A stretch of 64,000 nt of DNA from Hyaloraphidium curvatum SAG 235-1 (taxonomy: Eukaryota; Fungi; Monoblepharomycota), in NCBI GenBank assembly GCA_025558095.1, contig JAIVFI010000012.1, positions 62,001 to 126,000 of the forward strand. Reading direction: 5' to 3'. Shown here one piece after another: positions 55,768 through 64,000 of this stretch (the first letter of the stretch is position 1; the number at the start of each line of letters is the position of its first letter). Under the pieces are notes generated by a model. The model ran no database searches. It had not been told where the DNA came from and worked only from the letters and a program-made list of their open reading frames with translations. The position numbers and the translations under genes were made by a program.

Positions 55768-57137
55768 TCACAGCTTGCTGCCCTGCCCTCCCAGGCTGGC
55801 CTTGACCTCCCTCAGCCCCGCAAACGTCCTCACGTCCCGCACCAGCACCTCCCCCCTCTCCAGGGCGGCAAAGTGGCCCCCGCCCTCCGGCGGGTCGTTC
55901 CAGAACACGAGGTTGGGGCAGTGGTACTCGACCCAACTCCGAGGGGGCACAACGACGTCCAGCGGGAAGGCGGAGCAGCCGACGGGCTGCAAGATCCTGG
56001 AGTTGAGGAGGGGTTGGTCGAGGCGCTTGAGCATCTGGTAGTGGTAGAGAAAGAAGGAGGATGTGATCGAGTTGCTGCAGAAAAGGGGGCGATGGTGAGC
56101 TCCTTGTGCAGTGTGGGCCGCCAAGTCGCGCAGCACCTGATGTAGTAGACCATCACGTTGGTTAGCAGCACGTCCGTCGAAACGGTGGGCGAAAAGTCGC
56201 CGTTGCCCCCACGCAGGTCCACCCATTCGTGGAACTTTTCCCCGATCCAGGCCAGAAGTCCCACGGGGCTGTCCGCCAGCGCCGCGCCGAGCGTCGTCGG
56301 CTTCGTCCCCTGGATTGCCTGGTACCCTGACCCCGTGGCGCCGAACTCGCGGCCGGCCGCGAGGTTGCGCTGCTCCGCTTCGGTGAGCGACGGGAGGGGC
56401 GTGCCTTTCGGGGGGCGGTTGAAGAAGGCGAGGATGTTGAGCTGGCTGGAAGGTTCAGCGCGGGCCATGCGGGTCAAGCGGCGAGCACGCACGTGGATGG
56501 CACGGACAGAGTCGGGGCAGGTGATGGCCAGCGCCATGCTCACCAGGCCGCCCCAATCGCCGCCTTGAGCAATGTACCTGCTGTACCCCAAGCTCTTCAT
56601 CAGCTCGTCGAAAGCCTTGGCCGTCTCCACGATCGAGTAGTTCTTCCGCGCGGGCCTTCCGGAGAACCCGTAACCCGGCAGGCTGGGAACCACCACGTGG
56701 AACGCCTGCTGGCCCGCTTCGGGCTCCGCGAGCGGCTTGATGACGTCCAGGAACTCCACGAACGAGCCAGGCCACCCGTGTGTGAGGATGAGCGGCACGG
56801 CGTCCGGGCGCGGGGAGGGGTGGTGGATGAAATGCAAGTTGACATCGTTGCAGCGCAGCTTGTAGTGCGAGAACGAGTTGATCCTGGCCTCCCAGGCTGG
56901 CCAGTCGTACCTGGTGCTGCGGGTCAGGCGCCGGGCGACGTTCCGCGGGGCGGGAGACACGCACTTCTCGCGCCAGTACTGGACCAGCTTCTTCAAGACC
57001 CGCGATGGCATGCCGTACGCCCACGTATCGGCATCGGGGAGGTCGATTTCGGGGTACACCACGTCCTGCAGGCGCGCCTTGAGCCGCGCGAGCTGCGCAG
57101 ACGTCGCCTGGACGCGGAAGGGCGTTGGGACCGGCAT
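55768..57137 (-). CDS. Epoxide hydrolase copy 4, PTS1 -SKL
   Basis: Same motifs and introns, inverted orientation; ends GQGSKL-TGA. Confidence 0.93.
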
Positions 57138-57625
57138 CGCGTACAGCTGGCGCCGGAATGGCTCAGGACGGATAGAAAGACGTTGCCAATGCGTCGATGA
57201 TATGGAGGCACGGCCCCTTTGTGCGAGGAGCCGCCGAAGCGTTGCCACCTTCGGAGGTTTGCCTCGCGGGGCGGGCGATCGCGACGTCTTGGCGGTGTCC
57301 GAAGCAGCTAGCACTTGATCACCGATACAGAAACGTAACAAGATCCGCAGTGGCTTCTTCCCTTCCTTTGCTCGAAAGTGTTTCTTGGCGCCTGACGCGA
57401 ACCATCGCCAAGATGGAAGCGCGATCACACAATGCAGAGCCGAAATCGAACATCCGCGTTCCAGCAACCGGATCCCAAAGCCCAGTGCCGCATGAATGAA
57501 CCTGCTGCTATCTAGATCGCTGTCGTCTTCGGCGAGAACTGTGCTCATTGAACGGGCGATCGACTCCACCGTCGAGTCGGCCCAAGTGATCGGCGGCCGC
57601 GAGGTTGCGCAAGCCCGAAGTCGCC

Positions 57626-58225
57626 ATGTCTGCTCTCCCGCCCTCCGAAAGGCGGCCTCCTGCCGACGATCAGCAGGCTCCGATCCCGACGACGCCGCCC
57701 GAGCCGTGGGAGGTCGTCCCCGAGGGCTCCGGCAGCCCCGCGCCCGAACCCGCGGAGCTGCCCGCGCCCGCACCGGACGCGCCCGCGGAGGACGAAGAGG
57801 CCGGCGAGCCCGCGAGCGAACGCCGGAATGAGGAAGACGTCATCGCGAAGCTGCTCGCGTGGCGGCCGTCGTTCGACCGGGGCGCGTGGGACGCGGCCGT
57901 CGCGTGGGTCGAGGCGAACCCCGGCACCTCGGCCGCGATCGCGCTGGCCGTGCTTTGGACCGCCTACCGCCTCGTGCACCTGTCGGTGGACCGCGCCCGA
58001 TTGCTGGAGATGCTCGAGCGCGAAAGGGAGCTGCTCAAGGCCGCGGAAGCCGCGAGGGACAGGGCCTTGATCGAGGCGGCCATTGCGCGCGAGGAGGTGA
58101 CCCGGGAAGCGCTGGCGGCGGCGCAGGCCAGGACCGATGCCGAGGGGAAGGATCTCGCGACGGGTCTCATTGGGAGCGCGTTGCTGGGGGGCGTCTGGCT
58201 TCTGGGGAAGATGTTGCTCGGATAA
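57626..58225 (+). CDS. Small membrane protein with coiled coil
   Basis: Acidic Pro-rich N-terminus, TM AAIALAVLWTAY, E/R/A coiled coil, C-terminal hydrophobic segment. Confidence 0.65.
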   Translation: MSALPPSERRPPADDQQAPIPTTPPEPWEVVPEGSGSPAPEPAELPAPAPDAPAEDEEAGEPASERRNEEDVIAKLLAWRPSFDRGAWDAAVAWVEANPGTSAAIALAVLWTAYRLVHLSVDRARLLEMLERERELLKAAEAARDRALIEAAIAREEVTREALAAAQARTDAEGKDLATGLIGSALLGGVWLLGKMLLG

Positions 58226-58405
58226 CCGCGCTTCGAGCACCCTGAGCGCTCGCGGCCGTGCCTCCCGATGACAGCGGCCTTCTTGCTGAAGTACATGGGA
58301 TATTCGTTGCTGCTTTTCTTGGACTCGGAAAACGTTGCTTGCAATTGAATTGTCGACACTCATCCACATCACGTTCACGTTCCACTGACACAGTTTCTCT
58401 CCACT

Positions 58406-60061
58406 TCACACCCTCACCTTGATCTTCCAGTCCGCCATCCGCATCCTCAGCCCCACGTTGATGATCCCCCCCGCCAGCTGCACCAATCCGCAGTACAGAA
58501 TCAGGTACAGGTAGTTGAACGTGGTCGTCCCGTCCGGCCCCGTCTGCGCGGTCGCGTCCACGATCAGCCCCGCAATCGGGGCGCCGGCCAGATGGCCCGG
58601 CAAAGTTGAGGTGAATAGGACTCCCGTAATGTTGCCGAGATCCTTGAGGCCGAAGCACTGCGCGACGACGACGGGGAAGAGGGAGATGTAGCCCCCCGAG
58701 AGGAAGCCAAAGACGAGGGAAAAGACGATGAGGGACCAGAACTGCGTCGCAAATGGCCTGTCGGGAAACGACCGCGTTGGGACGACAGGCAGACCGGCAG
58801 CACGATAGGCGCTCACCAGACGCAGAGCAGCACCACGGGCGTGAGGAACTGGCACACGACATAGCTGTTCATGCGCCCGCACCGATCCGCAAATTGGCCC
58901 ATGGCGATCCTCCCCACCGCGCTGGCGGCGTTGACCAGGCCCAGGGCGAGGGAGCCCTGCTGCGGCGTCATACCTTCGTTGACGGCCATGGAGGGGATGA
59001 AGGTGAAGGCTGTGTTGACGGCGGTCAGCTTTCCAACCCGTTCCAGCGCACTGCTTGAGGCACCCACGGACGAAGAAGCCAAACGCCGCAGGGAAGCGCG
59101 CGAGGTAGAGCAGGGAGAACCGAAAGTCCTTGAAGTACCTGATGTCGAAGAACTTGGACTTCGTCTTGGGTACCTCGAACCTCGGCCTGAGCAGCAGCGC
59201 ACACACGGCCGTCGTCCCGCCGCCCACGATCCCCGTGATTCGCAGCGCCCAAGCGTACCCGTACGCGTCGATCATCGCCTGCGTCATGGGCGAGATGATG
59301 AAGCCCCCCACTCCCCCCCCCGCTACGGCCACCCCGACCGCCAACCCCCTCTTGCGGGAGAACCAGTGCTGCGGCGCGGTGATGGTGGAAAAGTACACGA
59401 GCCCGTTGGCCACGCCGTACAGGAACCCTTGGGTCAAGTAGAGGTTCCAGAGGGCGGTGCTGAAGCTCGCCAGCACGAACGCGGCGACCAGCACCGCGCC
59501 GCCGAGCAGGCACGTCTGCCGCTGGCCCCAGCGGTCCGCGAGGCTGCCCGCGAAAGGGCCGACGAGGAACTGCGTCGCCGAGGCGATGCTGCCCGCCCAG
59601 GAGATCTGGAACATGTTGGCGCCGGGGAACACGCCGTCGTAGTAGTAGGTCCGGGCGTAGACACCGTAGCCGTATATGAGGCCCATGCAGAAGGTGTAGT
59701 TGAGGAAGCACGCGGCGACGACGACCCAGCCGTAGCCTCCGTCCGGGAAATCGTCCGCCGTCGCCTCGGTCAGGATCCGAGTCCTCGGCGGCTCAAGAGA
59801 GCGGACGTAGTCCGCACGTAGCCTGGCAAACCAGCCGACAGGGGGCGGTTCCAGGGGCGGATCGGCCGACGCGGGCTCCGCCGCATCAATCTTCTCCGAC
59901 AGCGGGCTCGGAGCGCCGTCCGCAGTGTCCAGCGAAGTCGCGTCGGCATCGGCGGCGGCCGGTAGGCCCGGTGGCGGACCTTCAGCCGTGTCTCCCTCAA
60001 CGGCGATGGGCGGCCCGTCCGGCTCCGCGCTGACGCCGCCGCCGAGTCTATCGGAATCCAT
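58406..60061 (-). CDS. MFS monocarboxylate-transporter (MCT/Mch)-family permease
   Basis: PDGGYGWVVV, GSLADRWG, QHWFSRKRGLAVG, GQFADRCGR; two introns. Confidence 0.9.
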   Translation of the reverse strand: MDSDRLGGGVSAEPDGPPIAVEGDTAEGPPPGLPAAADADATSLDTADGAPSPLSEKIDAAEPASADPPLEPPPVGWFARLRADYVRSLEPPRTRILTEATADDFPDGGYGWVVVAACFLNYTFCMGLIYGYGVYARTYYYDGVFPGANMFQISWAGSIASATQFLVGPFAGSLADRWGQRQTCLLGGAVLVAAFVLASFSTALWNLYLTQGFLYGVANGLVYFSTITAPQHWFSRKRGLAVGVAVAGGGVGGFIISPMTQAMIDAYGYAWALRITGIVGGGTTAVCALLLRPRFEVPKTKSKFFDIRYFKDFRFSLLYLARFPAAFGFFVRGCLKQCAGTGWKADRRQHSLHLHPLHGRQRRYDAAAGLPRPGPGQRRQRGGEDRHGPICGSVRAHEQLCRVPVPHARGAALRLVSAYRAAGLPVVPTRSFPDRPFATQFWSLIVFSLVFGFLSGGYISLFPVVVAQCFGLKDLGNITGVLFTSTLPGHLAGAPIAGLIVDATAQTGPDGTTTFNYLYLILYCGLVQLAGGIINVGLRMRMADWKIKVRV

Positions 60062-60282
60062 AGATCAAGAGGCACACGGCGGCAGGGTGCAGGAGGGGGG
60101 ATTCCGCTTCTGTCGTCCCCGCATTGGGGGTGCGTCGCAACGCGGCCGCCAAAGGACGATCGAGTGACTCCGGCCGGTCAGACGCCTCCCCCTGGATCGA
60201 GCCGACTACAGCAAAGCACCCCTCTCCATTCTCAGGTACCTCGTTAAAGCGTTCCAATTACAGGTGCTTCGTAGTCCTAACT

Positions 60283-61671
60283 TCACGCCAGGACATCGTA
60301 GGCGGCCTTGAACACAGCGTCCTTGGCCGTAATCGCAGCTTCGTGGTTCGCCGGGAAGAATTGCATCATCACCACCGCGGCGACCTTGGAGGCGGGGTCC
60401 AGGACCATGTACGTCTGCGGCGGTATCAGCATCCGCTTGCGGATCGGTGGGGAGGAGGGGACCCACGTTGGCGGCGCCCGACCAGCAAAGCGAGCCGGCC
60501 TTGGGTCCGAACGGCGAATCCTCCTTGGTTTCCTGATCGCAATCCTTCAGCGCATGGTGCGACGGCGGGGCACATCGGAACCCACGCAGAAGCCCCACGT
60601 CCAACCCTTCTTCAGCCCCGGCCAAAACTCGTACGCCTCGGAGAACCCGGGGCTCCCGTCCATGTCGGCGACCTTGCCGATGCCCTTGGGCAGGGTGTCC
60701 TGGTGCACCAGCTTCTCCACCGTCTCGGCCTTGAGGATCCGCTTCCCGTTCAGCTCGCCGCCGTTGAGCAGGGCCTGGAGGAAGGCAAGGTAATCGTGCA
60801 CGGTCGAGAGAAGGCCGCCGCCGCCCATCTCGAACTCGGGGTTCTCGCCGACGGGGAGGGCGAAGGGAATAACGACGCCGTCGGGGGTGCGGAAGCCGCA
60901 GCTCTGGATGCGGTGGAGCTCCGCCAAGTTGGGCTGGATCGCGACCGTCTGAGCGATGAAGTGAAACTGAACGGTTGTAAGACTCACGGCAAACGACGAG
61001 TCCTTCATGCCAAGAGGCTCGAAGATGTTCTCCTTGAGGTACTCGCCGAGCTGGGAACAGAATGGTTAGGTAACGAGATTGAATCTGACTCGGTCGCTGC
61101 TTACCGTCTTGCCCGAGACCTTTTCGACGATCAGGCCAAGAACGTCGATCCCCGTACCGTACTCCCATTTCGTCCCGGGCTCCCAGAACAGCGGCTGCTC
61201 CAGCAAGGCGGCCCTCTTGAGCGTCATGACGCTGGGGTGGCCCGTGACCTCCTGGTACTTCTTGAGGTCGGGCGACGCAAAGTCGTAGGCGAAGCCGCTT
61301 GTGTGGTTCATGAGCTCCGTGACGGTCGGGCTCCGAGGAGCCGGCCCGAGCTTGGGTTTGTCACCGTCCCAGCCCAAAAGGATTTTCTGGCCCTTGAACT
61401 CGGGAATGATGGTGTCGAGGGCCTGGTCGGCCGAGATGAGGCCGCGCTCGATGAGCTGGGCGACGGCAATGCTGGTAATGGCCTTTGTCATCGAGAAGAT
61501 GGGAAAGACCGTGTCCACGGTGCAGTCGTCGGGACGCTCGGGGCCCCGCTTTCCCTTGGCGTCGGCAAAGACGAGCTGGCCGTCCTTCATGACGCCAGCG
61601 GCGATGCCGGGTATGCCGGAGGCGACGGCATCCTCGAGGACCTTGGTGATTTTGCTCGTGTCGTGAACCAT
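60283..61671 (-). CDS. Beta-lactamase-family serine hydrolase (EstB/LovD-like), multi-exon
   Basis: FSMTK (SxxK), LMNHTSG, EPGTKWEYG, GGGGLLST, WSGAAN. Confidence 0.88.
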
Positions 61672-62194
61672 TGGAAGACAAGCAAGAAGGGTCGCTGCAG
61701 AAACTGCTCAATTGATGGCACCGGCGTTGGGAGACAGACGAGGAGTGGGAACGGCGGAGTCGCGGAGCCCGCGAGTGAAGAATTCCCGTTTAACGGCGAG
61801 GAGAGTTAGAAGGCAACGATTGCTTGCGGACGTGCCGAACGCACCGACGTGCAGGGAACGATGGTGCGGGAAGTGGAGGCAAGGTTTCGCCGCCCGCGCC
61901 AGCGGCGCGCGGGCGGCGTGGTGCGGGCGTCGATCAAACGACTCTCTTCACATGCTGGCGTGTAGCGTCCGAAACGAAAGACTTGGCCTCTCTTTTGCCG
62001 GCACTATATAGCCTTGTCTTGGTGGCGGCTCTTGTTCTGAGGAGCCGCCGCGCGGAAAATCGGCGGTTCGGCCAGCGCTGAGTCCGCTCGGGACGCGTAC
62101 TCCACACAGCGGAGTCCACGCAACAAAGCACGGTTGCCATTCAAGAGACTCTCTGAACTTGTCAGGTTGTCGAAGCTTCACTCTGCCAATCGCA

Positions 62195-63652
62195 ATGGCC
62201 GCCGCGAACGCGCCCGTACCCGCCCCGGGCGTGCTGCGCCCCGTCGGGCAGATGGAGCGCTACTCCGTCTCGCGCCACAACGCGCTCTTCTACATCGGCA
62301 TCGCCAGCTCGCTCACCTTCCGCGCGGATGGCGGCGCGTTTTCTCGGGACCGCCTGGCGCCACTGCTGGCCGCCGCCATCGAGTGCACCACGCTGCGGCA
62401 CGGCAATCTGCGAATGGTGATTGTGGGACCGCGGACGCCGGCACCGGCATTTTCGCGCTGGGAAGAGGACTCGCCGCCCGAATTGCGCGTGCTGCCCGAG
62501 CCGCGGTGGGTGGACGGCGGGGACGTGCTGCGGGTCAGCGAGGACGAGCTGCGGACGCCATTCGACGCGGAAAATGGGCCACTCTGGCGAGTCTGCGTCG
62601 TCGGGGCCGAGGGCGCCGACGAGTTCTCGATCGTGGTCGCCTTGCACCACGCGATTTGCGACGGCAAGAGCTCGATAGTGGTGCTCGCCACCTTGGCTCG
62701 CTACCTGGCGCTCGGCAGCGAATCCGCCATGAGAGCCGCCGTGGCTGCGGATCCCAATCGTGACTTTGAGTCGCGCGCCGTCGAGCTTGCGTGCACCGGC
62801 GTGCGCGTGCCCGTCTCGGTGATCCTTTGGGAAGTTTTCGAAAACCTGCTCCTGCCCTCCTTCCTGCGGCCCTACGTGGCGCCCAGGGACTACTATGCCG
62901 GGCGCCGACTTCTACCTCCGGACGCCCCGACCTTCACCACCGAGCCACGGACCCCGGAAACCCTCATCGGCGTACGCCTAGCCAACCTGACGCTCACAAA
63001 GGACGAGACCTCTGCTCTGCTCGCCGCCGCCCGCACCAACGGCACCACCCTGCACGGCGCCCTCGTCGCCGCCGCCGCTCAGGCTGTCTGCACCGCCTCT
63101 GCGCGCCGCCCGGCCAAGATCAAGGCCGCCTCCCCCGTCTCGCTGCGCGCCGAATCCGGCGTCCCCGAATCCGAGGTCGCCGTCTGCATCTCCTCGACCG
63201 ACTTTGAGTGCCGCCTCGACCCCGTGCCCCTCCCCGCCACGGGCTTGTGGGACCTCGCCCGCGCCGCGCGGGCATCGGTGGCCCAGGGCAGGCAGTCCTC
63301 GGCGCTCTTCACCCTCGGCCTGCTCGGGTACGTCGGTGACTTCGACGGTTTCATCCTCAAGGCGGGGATGGGCACGCCGAACCGCAAGGGGGGTAGCGTG
63401 GAGGTGAGCAACGCGATGTCGTGGGACGGGTTCGACCCCGTTAGGCTGGGGGAGGGCGAGTGGAGGGTGTCGGGCGGGACGTTCGCGCAGTCGGCGTCGC
63501 CGATGGGATCGCTCTTCTACTTTGGCGCCGTGTCTGTGGAGGGCTGCCTGTCGCTGACGGCGTCGTGTTCGGCCGATGGGTTGGTGGAGGAAGGGGAGCT
63601 GGAGGAGGTGGTCGCGGAGATGGGACGGATGCTGGCCGTCATGCGGGCGTGA
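62195..63652 (+). CDS. CoA-dependent acyltransferase (alcohol acetyltransferase/condensation-like)
   Basis: PFDAENGPLWR, catalytic HHAICDG (HxxxDG), PVSLR, EVSN. Confidence 0.85.
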   Translation: MAAANAPVPAPGVLRPVGQMERYSVSRHNALFYIGIASSLTFRADGGAFSRDRLAPLLAAAIECTTLRHGNLRMVIVGPRTPAPAFSRWEEDSPPELRVLPEPRWVDGGDVLRVSEDELRTPFDAENGPLWRVCVVGAEGADEFSIVVALHHAICDGKSSIVVLATLARYLALGSESAMRAAVAADPNRDFESRAVELACTGVRVPVSVILWEVFENLLLPSFLRPYVAPRDYYAGRRLLPPDAPTFTTEPRTPETLIGVRLANLTLTKDETSALLAAARTNGTTLHGALVAAAAQAVCTASARRPAKIKAASPVSLRAESGVPESEVAVCISSTDFECRLDPVPLPATGLWDLARAARASVAQGRQSSALFTLGLLGYVGDFDGFILKAGMGTPNRKGGSVEVSNAMSWDGFDPVRLGEGEWRVSGGTFAQSASPMGSLFYFGAVSVEGCLSLTASCSADGLVEEGELEEVVAEMGRMLAVMRA

Positions 63653-63780
63653 ACAGATCAGGCGATAGAGGTCTGCTTCATGGGATCGGAGAGCGCAATT
63701 GCAATTCAATTGGAAACGAACTACATTTTCTGGGTCCGTGTTCTTCAGCGCTCGGGGGTTTTCGATCGTGGAGACGCCTC

Positions 63781-64000
63781 TCAATCAGCCGCGACATCGA
63801 CTTCCCTGCCGCGTTTGTTCTCCCCACTTGAAACCACTGCCTCCGCGTCAAAATGGGCTCCTTCGGCTCGAGCGTCGGTCTTTTCTTCGGTCTTCGCGTC
63901 CGTGCCGGGCAGCTCATCCGCGTCATGGAGATCTTCATCAAATGGAAAGAGGCGTGGAGGCGCTTCGCCTGGCGCATCCACGAGCTCATCGAAATCGTGG
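63781..64000 (-). CDS. 3' end of a gene extending beyond the window
   Basis: Frame open from the window edge (HDFDELVDAPGEAPPRLFPFDEDL...) to a stop at 63781. Confidence 0.4.
   Translation of the reverse strand, partial: HDFDELVDAPGEAPPRLFPFDEDLHDADELPGTDAKTEEKTDARAEGAHFDAEAVVSSGENKRGREVDVAAD

Noticed and set aside
55830-57773. 647-aa ORF suggesting an N-terminally extended epoxide hydrolase fusion
   Set aside because: Paralogues start at the equivalent MP(A/V)PTPF; the extension is promoter DNA and antisense of the next gene.
62195-63652. Possible NRPS condensation domain marking a biosynthetic cluster
   Set aside because: Stand-alone HxxxDG enzyme with no adenylation or carrier domains nearby; alcohol acetyltransferase-like is simpler.
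1-64000. Hundreds of long overlapping or antisense Arg/Pro/Gly-rich ORFs
   Set aside because: Expected shadows of very high GC and codon bias; no motifs.

Overview
Compact, very GC-rich EUKARYOTIC DNA: genes are split by many short (mostly ~50-60 nt) GT-AG introns with CTGAC/CTCAC-type branch points, so most apparent frameshifts in the ORF track are splice junctions. Gene content and intron style suggest an early-diverging (chytrid/monoblepharid-like) fungus (inference only). About 30 protein-coding genes, mostly lipid, redox and transport functions: acyl-CoA synthetase, two SDRs, GMC oxidoreductase, L-2-hydroxyglutarate dehydrogenase, four epoxide hydrolase paralogues, PrpF, lipase, MCT-type MFS, beta-lactamase-family esterase, HxxxDG acyltransferase, and several secreted or surface proteins. 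One intact, very young Ty3/Gypsy chromovirus (17290-22768) has identical 131-bp LTRs. Main points: (1) two ABCG half-transporters head-to-head, 436 bp apart, with non-canonical signature and Q-loop motifs and large extracellular inserts, recalling ABCG5/ABCG8; (2) a 7-TM orphan with gustatory/odorant-receptor (7TMIC)-like topology; (3) the retrotransposon has a tRNA-independent self-priming PBS and a stop-codon-adjacent -1 frameshift site with a predicted pseudoknot; (4) a trypsin fused to a bacterial-style P-domain; (5) a mosaic epoxide-hydrolase family with PTS1 present in three copies and absent in one. No rRNA, tRNA or CRISPR seen. Exon boundaries were read by eye and may be off by a few nt.
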